NCBI GenBank assembly: GCA_965214095.1
Contig: OZ243938.1
Location: 2,816,001-2,880,000 of the forward strand
Source of the DNA: Candidatus Poribacteria bacterium
GTDB taxonomy: Bacteria; Poribacteria; WGA-4E; WGA-3G
Direction: 5' to 3'
DNA: 64,000 nucleotides
Under the pieces are notes generated by a model, which saw only the letters and a program-made list of their open reading frames with translations, had not been told where the DNA came from and made no database searches. Within the stretch, counting starts at the first letter, position 1. Every line of letters begins with the position of its first letter. This document shows positions 29,101-39,104 of the stretch, piece after piece. The translations under genes were made by a program, and so were the position numbers.

Positions 29101-32100
29101 ATCGCGACGATAGCAGATACGACTGGAATCGGTATAGCAGTTGGACAAGGTGAATCAAACATCGTTGTAACAAGTGAAAGTGGACTTCCTGTGCCTGGAA
29201 TTACGACGGTAAACAGTGAAAACCAACTGGTATGGAGACCATCAGTATTACCCTCTGATGGTAGTGCGGATGGACGCTATACGGTCTTTGTTACTCCTGT
29301 AGATAAAGCAGGTCGTACTGGTGATGTTGTATATCGTGCATTCATATTTGATACACAATCCCCTCAAATAACTGCTGCTGCACCTATAACTTTACATCAA
29401 CCGATTTCTTATGTCGGTGATAGTTTGGAACAGTTTCAATTTTCTGTTGAGGATGTCGGTCCCGCGCTACTTGACCTTGATGATCAAACTATTAGTCTTA
29501 CAAAGGAAAGTGGTGAAATTGTTGCTGGACATACTACACATGATAGCAACAATCAACTTTTCTTCACACTCCCTGCTCCATTGCCCACTGATGGTAGTGC
29601 TGATGGGAAATACACACTTACGGTTGACCTTGTTGACAAAGCGGGTAATCCATATCAAGTTGAGCATACTGTTGTTTACGATTCTCAAGCACCACAGTTG
29701 GCTTCAGTCTCATTGAACACAGAGACACCGTTAGATCTAACACCTTATCAAGTTACAGATCTATCCGGTTCTATCAGCAAAATCACACTGAACTTTATCG
29801 AGATGACAAGGATCGATTTTGATAATACGATTATCACATTAATGGGACCAGATGGTTCAACAATTCCGTTAACACTTGAAAATAACGGAATTGACAAAAT
29901 AACTGCAAACTTTGTTTCTCTAATACAGGGTGGCTTGTATACGCTTTCTGTCACTCCGCAAGACGTTTCTAGTAATGTTGCCCAAGGGGCAGTCCCATAT
30001 CCATTTCGTCTGAAGTTTGAAGTGCCAGGTATAACAACCGTTCATGCAAACTCAGTTTCTGCATCCTATGAACTTGCATCCTATGAGATTATGGATATAT
30101 CTGATGTCATTAACAGTTTCTCACTCAAGTTTACGGACGCAGAACGTATTGACTTTGAAAACACAAGTGTCACACTCACTTCACCTAACGGACAGGATAT
30201 AGCAGTAACCCAAGAGGAGAGCGGTAGCAATCAGTTCTTGGTGCGTTTTATCCCATTAACACAAAGTGGTCTCTATACACTCTCTGTCACACCACAAGAT
30301 ATTGCGGGAAATGTCGTACAAAGTCCAATTCAATATCAGTTTAGACTGGAAATCACGCTCCCCACCGTAGGTTCGGTCCTTATTGATGGTAAACTTGGCA
30401 CAAATATATTGATTAATGATCCTGACACAGAGATAATCGCAATGTTCGCGGATGCAACGGGTGTGGGATTAGCGTTTGGCGATAGTGGTTCAACAATTAC
30501 TGTCAATAGTGAACAAGGATCTGCTGTGTCTGGAATCATCTCATCCAACGGAACGAACCAGGTAACTTGGACTCCCGCGGCACTTCCGACAGATGGCAGT
30601 GCCGATGGACGATATACTGTTACTATCACTCCTGTAGATAAATCTGGACGTACGGGGACAGTTGTCAATCGTCACTTTATTTACGACACACAGGCACCAC
30701 GAATAATCAACGCTACACCAATCATACTTCATCAGCCGATGTCTTATATTGGTAGCAACCTAACATCAATTGAGTTGACAGTTGAAGATGTAGGTCCATC
30801 ATTACTTGAGCTTGATGATCAAACAATCACATTGGACAAAGATGGTGCGGAAGCGGTTGCCGGACAGGTAACGCATGACGGAGTTAACCGGCTTTTCTTC
30901 ACTCCTACTCCATCTCTGTTGACTGATGGAAGTGCAGATGGTGAATACACTCTGACTATAAATCTCATTGATAAAGCAGGGAACACGAATCAAGCTACAC
31001 ACACAATCCATTATGATTCGCAAGTGCCACGTATATCATCAGTCTCTCTGAATACTGAGACACCGATAGACTTAACACCATATCAAGTTACAGATTTATC
31101 TGCGTCTATCAACAAGCTTACAATTAATTTTGTTGAAACAACACTGGTAAACTTTGCAGCTACGGTTATTACACTCACAGGTCCGGGTAATTCATCAATT
31201 CCACTCACAATAGAAAATAATGGTACTGACCAATTAACTGCAAGTTTCGTCTCATTAGAACAGAATGGTATGTACACACTATCTGTCACACCACAAGATA
31301 TTGCTGGAAATGTCGCACAGGGGGCAGTTTCATATCCGTTTAGGTTGAAGTTTGAAATACCAGGATTAGCATCTGTTAAAGCAAATACAGTTGATGCTTC
31401 TTTTGAACTAATTTCTTATGAGATTGTTGAAACTACTGAATCTGTTAGTAGTTTTACCCTTGAGTTTACAGATGGCACACGTATTGACTTAGAAAGTACT
31501 GAAGTAGTCTTGACAGGACCTAACGGTCAACAGATACCCTTGACTTTAACTGAGGACGGTGATGCGAAGTTAGACATACGATTCGTCTCATTAGAACAGA
31601 ATGGTATGTACACACTATCTGTCACACCACAAGATATTGCTGGAAATACGGCGCAGGGAGTTGTGTCATATTCGTTTAGGTTGAACCTTGAGATACCAGG
31701 AGTAGCATCCGTTACAGCAAATTCCGCAGACGATTCTTTACAACTTATTCAACATGCGATAGTTGAGACTTCTGAATTAATTAACAATCTCACACTTGAG
31801 TTTACTGATCCATTACGTGTTGACTTTGAAAATACCAACGTAAGTCTGAGAGGACCAGATGGACAAGAGATCCTAGTCACGCTTGAAGACAACGATAGTT
31901 CTCAGTTGATCGTTCGTTTTGTGCCTCTGGAACAAAGCGGTCTGTATACACTATCTGTCACACTACAAGATAATGCTGGCAACATTGCTCAGAACGCTGT
32001 TTCCTATCAATTAAGGTTGAAATTTGAAGTGCCGGGTTTAGAAGCTATAACAGCACATGCCGATGATACTTTTGTTGCTCTCATTCAACATGACGTTGTT

Positions 32101-35100
32101 GAAATTTCTGAACCTATAGGTAGCCTGACATTGAAGTTCATTGATGCACAACGTGTTGACTTTGAAAACACCAGCGTAACATTGACAGATCCAAACGGTC
32201 AGGAAATCCCTGTCACGCTTGAAGACAATGAAAACTCTCAACTAACGGTTCATTTCGTACCATTGACGCAAAGCGGTGTCTACACAATTTCTGTCACACC
32301 ACAAGATATCGCAGGAAACGTAGCACAAACCGCTATCCGATATCAGTTCCGACTTGATACTACATTGCCATCAGTAAATTCTGTTCTCATTGATGGAAAA
32401 GTAGGTTCAAATGTATACGTAAGGACCGCCGTTCCCAGAATCATCGCAGCTATCACCGATTCAATTGGTGTTGGGTTGTCTGTAGGAGATACCGGTTCTA
32501 CTATTGTCGTTACCAATTCACAAGGCATACAGGTATCTGGAACTACGACCCTCAATGCAGCAAATCAGTTGACGTGGGTACCTATACCACTGCCAGTAGA
32601 TGGTAGTGCTGATGGAGAATATACAGTTGTTATTACACCTGTTGATAAGGCAGGACGTACGGGTACTGCTGTCAGAAGGCAATTTATCTATGACACACAA
32701 GCACCTCGGATAACCTCTGCGTCCCCCATAACGCTGCATGCACCTATTTCCTATCTCGGCAGTGGATTAAATCAGTTTGTTCTCACCGTTGAAGATGTGG
32801 GACCGGCTGATATGGTGTTTGCCTCTCAAGTCGTAGCATTGATGGATGCAACAGGTAGACCTGTTCCAGCAAAGTTAACCAATGATGAACTAACAAATCA
32901 GTTGTATTTGACGCTTGACACACCTTTTGCCAGTGATGGTAGTGCTGACGGTCCTTATACACTTAATGTACTTCTTACTGACAAGGCTGGTAATGGTTTA
33001 AGTACACGATTCAATTTAGTCTACGATTCAATCAGACCACAAGTGTCATCTGTTCAAGTCAATACTGCTGGAACACCTGTGGAGCTTACGCTAAATCAGG
33101 TTGCAGAACTTTCTGAATCTGTTGACACCATAACGATTAAGTTTAACGAAGCAACGCGGGTTGACTTTGAAAACACAAGTGTGTTTCTGCTTGATCCAAA
33201 TGACCAAGTGGTTCCCCTCACTGTAGGTGATGATGGCGTTTCTCAAATGACACTTAGTTTTGTTGCTTTGACGCAGATCGGCCAGTATACATTGTCTGTA
33301 ATACCTCAAGACATTGCAGGAAATGCCGTACAAAGTCCGATTCAATATGCGTTTAATCTTGAATTCATTCTCCCCGATGTTGAATCCGTTATCATTGGTG
33401 ATACAGTAACCTTGGGAAGTGGAGATGCGGCTTATGTCAATGCAGAAAACCTTGTAATTGTAGCGAATCTGCTTGACCCCGCTGGCACGGGACTATCTTT
33501 TGATCCTATTACCGGTTCTGAAATCATCGTGGCAACACTTGATGGAATAATCGTTCCAGGATCAGTAGCCACTAATGGAACTGACCTACTTGTGTGGAGA
33601 CCTATAACACTCTCCAACGATGGTAGTTCCGATGGCAGATACGCCGTATATGTTTATGCTGTTGACAAAAAGGGACGTGCGGCGAGTGCAGTCTACCGCG
33701 AGTTTGTTTATGACACACAAGAACCCGAGATAACAAACGCTTCACCGATGAACCTGAGTCAACCGGTCTCATATATCAGCCAGAGTTTAACGCAATTCCA
33801 ATTTACTATTCAGGATGTTGGACCTGCAGATTTGATGCTGGAAGATCAGGTAGTGACACTACGAAATCAAAATGGTGTTCTTGTGCCGACAAAGCTCACG
33901 AACGATACGAATAATCAACTCTTCCTCACACTTGACGAACCACTTCCACTTGATGGTAGTAGAGATGGTCAATATACCTTGGAAATAGCATTTTCCGATA
34001 GATCAGAGAATGTCCTTTCTATTAATCACCCAATTGTGTATGATACACAAGCACCCACACTTGTGAGCACAGTACCTGCCGATAGTGAACTTCTGACAGA
34101 AGATGTGTCACAGATACAGGTAAATCTTGATGATAAGGGTGAAAGCGGCATAGATTGGTCGCGTACAACGGTGACATTGATTGATCCGAACGGTATAACA
34201 ATTTCTGGCGATCTCTCCAGCGACGGAAAATCACGGTTGACTCTAAAAACAAATCAACTCGTAGCAGATGGAAGATACGTTATTCAAGTTCAAGCAATTG
34301 ACAGGGCGGGTAACGGATTTGGATCTGTTCATGAAAGTGATTTCTTACTCTCAAGACGATTACCTGCTATTGTTTCTACAGTCCCAACCACTGCTCCCAG
34401 AGATGAAGCGTATACAAATCAAGAAGTTGATGAGGTTGAAGTACTACTTGAAACTGTAGATACACGACATCTTTCAACAGTGCGTTTATTGAATGCTGAG
34501 GGACAAGTAATCGCGGGTCAGCAGCATCGGGAAACCGGAAAGTTAATTTATAGGTTAGTCCGTCCACTCGCAACGGATGGGTCTGAAGATGGCGATTATA
34601 CAATTGAATTTACACCAATAAGTTCATCTGGGCGTAGTGGTGCCGCACAAAGTCTGGTCTTCACCTATGATACACAATCACCTGAACTTGATCCCAAAGA
34701 TGTCCATCTTATCGTTGCAGAACAACAAGTGGATAATTCACTCGTTAGAATTCGCTTGGATATTACTGATAACCATGCAGGTGTGGATTGGGAAAACCTT
34801 GATATTGATTGGGTCACCTTTGAGCGGATTTCACCTAATTCTACTGACATAGATGGGAGTCTGTTATATGTGTCTGATGAACCAGAGCATCTTTTATTCA
34901 CTCTGAATGTCCCGCTCGCTGACGATGGGTCTGCAGATGGAAAATACAGAATTACCGTTACTCCCATTGACAAAGCTGGGAATGGAGATGAAACTTACGA
35001 GAAAGAATTTACCTACGACGCAAGTCCACCTGTCATCGACCCCAACTCACTGCTGTTAAATGAAACACCACTACTTACTGACATTGATGCTGACGATTAC

Positions 35101-36081
35101 CCAAGTGCAGTTTCAACCACAGGTGGTGTTGTTATTCAGGCGATTGTTTCTGACACCGGATTAGGCGTCAATCTATCACAATCACGTATCGTTGTAAGAA
35201 ATCCCAATGGTCAAGAACTCTCAGGAACCACCCGACAAAACGGGGTTGACACGTTGGTCTTCAAATCAGATGGGTTGAATATTGAAGGCATCTACCAAGT
35301 AACAGTCACCGCTACCGGCAATGACACTGAACAACTTGGTATTACGCCTCAAGGGTCTATTACTACAGCGTTCCTATACGAAACAACAGAACCAACTGCA
35401 GTTGTAACAGATGATGGCGGCAAAACGGAACTTACTGACGAAGCACTGCCATTAATCGGAACTGCTGCAGACCCTGAAGGTACCCGTAGAGCAGGACAAC
35501 AAGGTGAAAATGAAATACCAGTTCCTGCATCTGGTATATGGCTCGTTGAAATCGTTGGCACAGGACCCGATGGACAACCTATTGAACCGGTGCCAGCTGA
35601 GGACGACAGCAACGCACAACAAGAACCTTGGAGTCGTTGGAAGGTTGACTTCCTACCCACACGATCAGGGGATTACGATTTAGATATACGAGTCACTGAT
35701 AAAGCCGGGAACTATGCTGTATATGATTATGGAGAGGTCACAATGTCCGTTTCCTTTACGTTCAGTGGAGACACATTTGTTTGGCCAAACCCTTTACGCC
35801 AATCCAATGATGATGTCGGTTTCTTTTCTTTTGACCTCAACACATCGGATGAGACACTCACATTGAATCTTTACATTTATGATTGGAGCGGTGACATGGT
35901 TTACTCCAAGACTTATGACAGAATAACACCTGAACATCGGAATGGTAACGAAGTGAGTTGGCAATTGAAAAACAGTGCTGGAAACCGAGTCGCGCGCGGC
36001 ATTTACGTGTTCCGTTTAGAAGCAGTCGATGGAGCAGGAAATCGCGCTAACGTTGTCGGCAAGATACTTGTCGTTGACTAA
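26107..36081 (+). CDS. Giant secreted Ig-like repeat protein with FlgD-Ig-like domains and a T9SS-like C-terminal domain
   Basis: Signal peptide ending NAWA|G; more than 20 repeats of about 110-125 aa (DGSADGxY, DxAGN, YDTQxP); C-terminus WPNP...IYDWSG...GIYVFRL...KILVVD. The true start may be GTG 26158. Confidence 0.85.
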   Translation: MNTREVESKLRSSGGKRVSKIKNCFTSVCHNKQGTKLSTGYRWALFLIFQLLIALLVVQPNAWAGLLGLSVDANGDNVFNGKDDGEKLIISFTTSDFGDAPNELGQGGQQYKYAILVDHNGEKTIISGPGTGDTLSKNQTVQYVWDGTYQKPDNPDERQILPDGDYTITVKLTGTPALPQGQVSELTAQVTLDTKVPEITISIDDDAFSPVLYSLPVYYDIDEDVSEAWLEFQRAPGNVNIGRRVPLATTSGSHTYNWDGEDNNRRAFFDGQYTLRIRVKDRGGNEAESGKTGNITIDTEEPRITSLTLNDSIALTNGKFVNAPITTIDFTADDPEGTGVNLTGRDTEVLIRFVGGGYLNGAMTFGNKVTFTLGDILDELDENGEYEVTAFISDNVGNLASSRVRFTFDNSVPILKSVATQSGEFAPGSGISGLTNYIEATLEDNIELNLADSTIRLKGPSGSDMLGQQTRPADDKIRWQLLSPLLAKDGIHDGQYTVEVVASDKAGNQTTPIQITFLFDNLAPELVSISPTRDGEPFNILGDTVYYNLPLNQFVATFDDGEFGTGVIFSEADDISRIIFGTQKTDGGVDTISGSAFPDPNNNVLTYILDDPLLNSDGNQDGSYRLNVKASDPLGNNRIYSFHLIYDTQVPTLVSTVPAANQSVQDLSQVVVKLNETTSGIDFVQSVFALKRNMGENQVEVPVNISSNGTDTATLTLLQPIALDGSDDGTYIIEVIPTDRAGNLGSVVRREFYLVSQVHPQVKLLTPETGTVNSLDDITVELVGYIGSGINFDASTITVRNALGQIVPQAEVTADAATNQLTWSTEAAIPKGTADGRYTITTSFRDYSGVVIAQTFNLNLDTLSPSITSVQVGTDALSSLSLDSTIDVTEAFSHINIEFDATDVDFENTVVTLVDPDSNEIAARKSIDGETLLTLSFQNLARLGSYTLTVTPIDNIGNVSDSPFIYKFNLDIAVPVVTSVLIDGQIGAIVYVKGAGEIIATIADTTGIGIAVGQGESNIVVTSESGLPVPGITTVNSENQLVWRPSVLPSDGSADGRYTVFVTPVDKAGRTGDVVYRAFIFDTQSPQITAAAPITLHQPISYVGDSLEQFQFSVEDVGPALLDLDDQTISLTKESGEIVAGHTTHDSNNQLFFTLPAPLPTDGSADGKYTLTVDLVDKAGNPYQVEHTVVYDSQAPQLASVSLNTETPLDLTPYQVTDLSGSISKITLNFIEMTRIDFDNTIITLMGPDGSTIPLTLENNGIDKITANFVSLIQGGLYTLSVTPQDVSSNVAQGAVPYPFRLKFEVPGITTVHANSVSASYELASYEIMDISDVINSFSLKFTDAERIDFENTSVTLTSPNGQDIAVTQEESGSNQFLVRFIPLTQSGLYTLSVTPQDIAGNVVQSPIQYQFRLEITLPTVGSVLIDGKLGTNILINDPDTEIIAMFADATGVGLAFGDSGSTITVNSEQGSAVSGIISSNGTNQVTWTPAALPTDGSADGRYTVTITPVDKSGRTGTVVNRHFIYDTQAPRIINATPIILHQPMSYIGSNLTSIELTVEDVGPSLLELDDQTITLDKDGAEAVAGQVTHDGVNRLFFTPTPSLLTDGSADGEYTLTINLIDKAGNTNQATHTIHYDSQVPRISSVSLNTETPIDLTPYQVTDLSASINKLTINFVETTLVNFAATVITLTGPGNSSIPLTIENNGTDQLTASFVSLEQNGMYTLSVTPQDIAGNVAQGAVSYPFRLKFEIPGLASVKANTVDASFELISYEIVETTESVSSFTLEFTDGTRIDLESTEVVLTGPNGQQIPLTLTEDGDAKLDIRFVSLEQNGMYTLSVTPQDIAGNTAQGVVSYSFRLNLEIPGVASVTANSADDSLQLIQHAIVETSELINNLTLEFTDPLRVDFENTNVSLRGPDGQEILVTLEDNDSSQLIVRFVPLEQSGLYTLSVTLQDNAGNIAQNAVSYQLRLKFEVPGLEAITAHADDTFVALIQHDVVEISEPIGSLTLKFIDAQRVDFENTSVTLTDPNGQEIPVTLEDNENSQLTVHFVPLTQSGVYTISVTPQDIAGNVAQTAIRYQFRLDTTLPSVNSVLIDGKVGSNVYVRTAVPRIIAAITDSIGVGLSVGDTGSTIVVTNSQGIQVSGTTTLNAANQLTWVPIPLPVDGSADGEYTVVITPVDKAGRTGTAVRRQFIYDTQAPRITSASPITLHAPISYLGSGLNQFVLTVEDVGPADMVFASQVVALMDATGRPVPAKLTNDELTNQLYLTLDTPFASDGSADGPYTLNVLLTDKAGNGLSTRFNLVYDSIRPQVSSVQVNTAGTPVELTLNQVAELSESVDTITIKFNEATRVDFENTSVFLLDPNDQVVPLTVGDDGVSQMTLSFVALTQIGQYTLSVIPQDIAGNAVQSPIQYAFNLEFILPDVESVIIGDTVTLGSGDAAYVNAENLVIVANLLDPAGTGLSFDPITGSEIIVATLDGIIVPGSVATNGTDLLVWRPITLSNDGSSDGRYAVYVYAVDKKGRAASAVYREFVYDTQEPEITNASPMNLSQPVSYISQSLTQFQFTIQDVGPADLMLEDQVVTLRNQNGVLVPTKLTNDTNNQLFLTLDEPLPLDGSRDGQYTLEIAFSDRSENVLSINHPIVYDTQAPTLVSTVPADSELLTEDVSQIQVNLDDKGESGIDWSRTTVTLIDPNGITISGDLSSDGKSRLTLKTNQLVADGRYVIQVQAIDRAGNGFGSVHESDFLLSRRLPAIVSTVPTTAPRDEAYTNQEVDEVEVLLETVDTRHLSTVRLLNAEGQVIAGQQHRETGKLIYRLVRPLATDGSEDGDYTIEFTPISSSGRSGAAQSLVFTYDTQSPELDPKDVHLIVAEQQVDNSLVRIRLDITDNHAGVDWENLDIDWVTFERISPNSTDIDGSLLYVSDEPEHLLFTLNVPLADDGSADGKYRITVTPIDKAGNGDETYEKEFTYDASPPVIDPNSLLLNETPLLTDIDADDYPSAVSTTGGVVIQAIVSDTGLGVNLSQSRIVVRNPNGQELSGTTRQNGVDTLVFKSDGLNIEGIYQVTVTATGNDTEQLGITPQGSITTAFLYETTEPTAVVTDDGGKTELTDEALPLIGTAADPEGTRRAGQQGENEIPVPASGIWLVEIVGTGPDGQPIEPVPAEDDSNAQQEPWSRWKVDFLPTRSGDYDLDIRVTDKAGNYAVYDYGEVTMSVSFTFSGDTFVWPNPLRQSNDDVGFFSFDLNTSDETLTLNLYIYDWSGDMVYSKTYDRITPEHRNGNEVSWQLKNSAGNRVARGIYVFRLEAVDGAGNRANVVGKILVVD

Positions 36082-36121
36082 TACAGCTTCAAAACGGAAA
36101 TAAACGAAAAGGAGACAGATA

Positions 36122-37120
36122 ATGCACAAAAGTGTAGTTGTAGCAGTTCTAACCATTACCCTACTCCTAACCGGAGCATATAGTTTCGCAGATATCTCTG
36201 ACGGTGCTGGAACTGCGGGGGCAGCTTTTCTCAAAATCGAGCCTGGAAGCAGACCTGTTGGAATGGGTGGCGCGTTTACCGGACTGGCAAACGACATCAA
36301 TACCATATTTTGGAATCCCGCAGGTCTAACAACCATTCAGACACGGGAACTTACCGCAATGCAACACTTTTGGGTTGCAGATGTTAGCAGTCAGTCTATC
36401 GGATATGCCCAGCGAGCAAATAATATCGTTTGGGGTGCAAGTTTGGTAGGCAGTTTCACTGAAATTCCGCGCAGAACAGGTCCATCCGAAACTCCGGATA
36501 GTACCGTTACCGTCGGCGGGTTTGCTACTGGATTATCTCTTGCATATCCACTCGGCACATCCACTTCAATCGGAGGTTCAGCGAAGTTCATTTCACAGCA
36601 ATTGGATATACAAAATGTATACGGGGCAGCAGTAGACTTCGGCTTAATTACACACTTATTAGATAATAGACTCGGTATTGGATTGACCGCACAAAATGCT
36701 GGTATATTTTTTGAAGACTCTGAACGCGACGAAGATCTTCCCAGTGAATACCCACCACTTGCACTGCGTGCAGGATTTGCCTACAGATTATCACAGGGAG
36801 TTGAAATTGAAGGTGAAGAAGGGATGCAACAGCATGAATTATGGACATTCGTGGCAGATGCACATCTTCCTCTAATTGATGCAAATCCAAGTTTCCACTT
36901 CGGTGTTGAGAGATGGTTTTACAATATTATTGCCGCACGAATCGGTTATCGTATCGGACTAAACGAAAACCCAAATGATGGATTGTCAATCGGTATTGGA
37001 GTTAGAAAGAAAGGATTGGACTCCTTAGCAAATGTGGGTTTCCAATTTGATTATGCTTTCGTCCCACAATCCGATTTTGAAAGCAATTCACACCGAATAT
37101 CTATCATCACAAGGTTTTAG
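36122..37120 (+). CDS. PorV/PorQ-family (FadL-like) outer-membrane beta-barrel
   Basis: Signal peptide, AAFLKIEPGSRPVGMGGAF..LANDINTIFWNPAGL, amphipathic strands, terminal Phe (HRISIITRF). Confidence 0.8.
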   Translation: MHKSVVVAVLTITLLLTGAYSFADISDGAGTAGAAFLKIEPGSRPVGMGGAFTGLANDINTIFWNPAGLTTIQTRELTAMQHFWVADVSSQSIGYAQRANNIVWGASLVGSFTEIPRRTGPSETPDSTVTVGGFATGLSLAYPLGTSTSIGGSAKFISQQLDIQNVYGAAVDFGLITHLLDNRLGIGLTAQNAGIFFEDSERDEDLPSEYPPLALRAGFAYRLSQGVEIEGEEGMQQHELWTFVADAHLPLIDANPSFHFGVERWFYNIIAARIGYRIGLNENPNDGLSIGIGVRKKGLDSLANVGFQFDYAFVPQSDFESNSHRISIITRF

Positions 37121-37152
37121 AACACTATTTGACGATTGCTATACTACAGTTT

Positions 37153-37200
37153 AAAACACGTGGGGGAGGTATGATTTGTCATACCTCCCCCACGTGTTTT
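37153..37200. terminator. Bidirectional intrinsic terminator
   Basis: Perfect 22-bp stem AAAACACGTGGGGGAGGTATGA-TTTG-TCATACCTCCCCCACGTGTTTT between convergent genes. Confidence 0.85.
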
Positions 37201-37228
37201 CTTTTAACACTAATCTTGTTTTTTGTCT

Positions 37229-38347
37229 CTACACACTCGCTTCAAGCATTCGCTCAATCGGTAAACGCGCTTTGTCAATCACCTCTGGATCAAGGGTGAC
37301 CTCATATTCGGATAGGTCGTCATCATTGTCAATCGCTTCTAAGATCTTTGCAATCTTGTCTAATCGTACTTTTGCCATGTGTGAACACCGCACAGAACAT
37401 GCCGTCCAAAACTGCACTTTGGGAAACTCCTGTGCTAAATTGGAGGTTAGTTCACATTCTGAAGCAACAAATGCACGGTCTAACATATCATTTTCTACAC
37501 GCGCACCAATATCCTTCATTATCTGACTGGTGCTTCCGTAGAAATCGGCTTCCTTTAGGACATTAGGACGACATTCCCAATGTGCATATAGTGATCGTTT
37601 CGGATGCCCTTTAGGAATTTCAAAGGAATCACGTATCGCGAGCAGATCAGAAAGCGTGAACCTTTCATGGACTTCACAAACCGCTCCGCGAGCAGTGTTA
37701 CCTTTTCCGGGATAAACAACAGTTTTGTCGTCTTTCAGTTCTTCTTCCAAATTCTGTGCGAAGAAGATATCCGGCACGAAAATCAACGTGTCTCCTGGCA
37801 TAGATTTAGCAATGTGTGCTGCATTTGCAGATGTGCAACAGATGTCGGATTCTGCTTTCGCATCCGCATAACTGTTCACATAAATCATTACGGGAGCACC
37901 CGGATATAGTTCTTTCAATTTTCGGACATCTTCAGCACCGAAGTTGTCAGCAAGAGAACATCCGGCTGTTTTGTCCGCTACTAACACGGTTTTATCTGGA
38001 CTCAGGATTTTTGCGGTTTCTGCCATGAACGGCACACCGTTAAAGATGAGGTAAGGAGACTCTGTTTTCGCAGCGAACATACTCAATCCAAGTGAATCCC
38101 CCTGTTCCTCTTTATCGGAGAGACCGAAAACCAAAGGTTCCATATAGTTGTGACCCAACATCACAACGTTATTTCTCTGTTTCAATGTTCGTATCTGATG
38201 TATCGTTTTTGCGTGGACTTCAATATCAAGAGACGTTAGACTCGGGTGGTGCCGATTATATAACTCGTTCTTAACGTCTTCAAGTGTCAATTCCTGACTA
38301 TTATTCTGCGCACTTTCCACCTGGGGAGAATTTCCCATAGGATCCAT
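37229..38347 (-). CDS. nadA: Quinolinate synthase
   Basis: LGHNY, GDSLGLS, FMAETAKILSP, AGCSLA, CTSANA, CEVH and AHWEC motifs. Start set at MDPMG with a GGAG RBS. Confidence 0.9.
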   Translation of the reverse strand: MDPMGNSPQVESAQNNSQELTLEDVKNELYNRHHPSLTSLDIEVHAKTIHQIRTLKQRNNVVMLGHNYMEPLVFGLSDKEEQGDSLGLSMFAAKTESPYLIFNGVPFMAETAKILSPDKTVLVADKTAGCSLADNFGAEDVRKLKELYPGAPVMIYVNSYADAKAESDICCTSANAAHIAKSMPGDTLIFVPDIFFAQNLEEELKDDKTVVYPGKGNTARGAVCEVHERFTLSDLLAIRDSFEIPKGHPKRSLYAHWECRPNVLKEADFYGSTSQIMKDIGARVENDMLDRAFVASECELTSNLAQEFPKVQFWTACSVRCSHMAKVRLDKIAKILEAIDNDDDLSEYEVTLDPEVIDKARLPIERMLEASV

Positions 38348-38534
38348 GCTAATCACGCTCCAAGTTATTGCTAATCTAATGGTTAGATCTATCGCTTCCA
38401 CGTCTAATTATTATTTGATACGGACAGATACCATTTGATTAACGGGACTTCTTTATTCATATTAGGATACTCACTAAATTCAATTTTGTCAAGTATAACA
38501 CACAAAAATGCGAAAATTTTGCTATAATTGTAGT

Positions 38535-39104
38535 ATGAATCTCAAAAAAGTGCTTCATATTCTCATTATTGCCTGTTTAATTTGGAATTGTAGTTTTCCC
38601 GCAGAGGGAATCTCGGTTAAACTGAGAGGGAAACTGGCATTGGTTGGAATTCTTTCAGGCGTTGCATATTTGACACACACCCTTGTTAAACGCGATACAC
38701 AAACAGCGGAAGAATTAAAGTCACAACTCGGTCAAGCAGAACATATCATACAGATTGAACGTGGGTTTGACAGATGGGAGATACATCACTTCCCTGAACA
38801 GGCATATTATTTTTTAAATAACCGTTTCATTAGGAAAAAGGCAGCTAACGCCTTTTTCCTTAATCAAACATTTCATAATACTTTTGAGTGGCATCTTTTC
38901 TCGTATCATACATCAAATCGGAACAGAGTTGTTCCTTCAGCACTTACCGATATGACTTTTTTAGGGAACCCCAGGTGGTTGTCACTTTACCCTTTGCGTC
39001 AACTGCTAATCCATCAATCTGCAACTCCCTATCTTCATCGGTTGGCACGCGAACATTGGCTTGGACAGGATTCACCGCGTCCGTATTTGAGGTTACAAAA
39101 ATAG
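38535..39104 (+). CDS. Hypothetical secreted or membrane protein; 3' end doubtful
   Basis: Signal peptide plus TM; TGCTATAAT extended -10 lies 6 nt before the ATG. The last ~54 codons overlap the convergent gene. Confidence 0.55.
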   Translation: MNLKKVLHILIIACLIWNCSFPAEGISVKLRGKLALVGILSGVAYLTHTLVKRDTQTAEELKSQLGQAEHIIQIERGFDRWEIHHFPEQAYYFLNNRFIRKKAANAFFLNQTFHNTFEWHLFSYHTSNRNRVVPSALTDMTFLGNPRWLSLYPLRQLLIHQSATPYLHRLAREHWLGQDSPRPYLRLQK

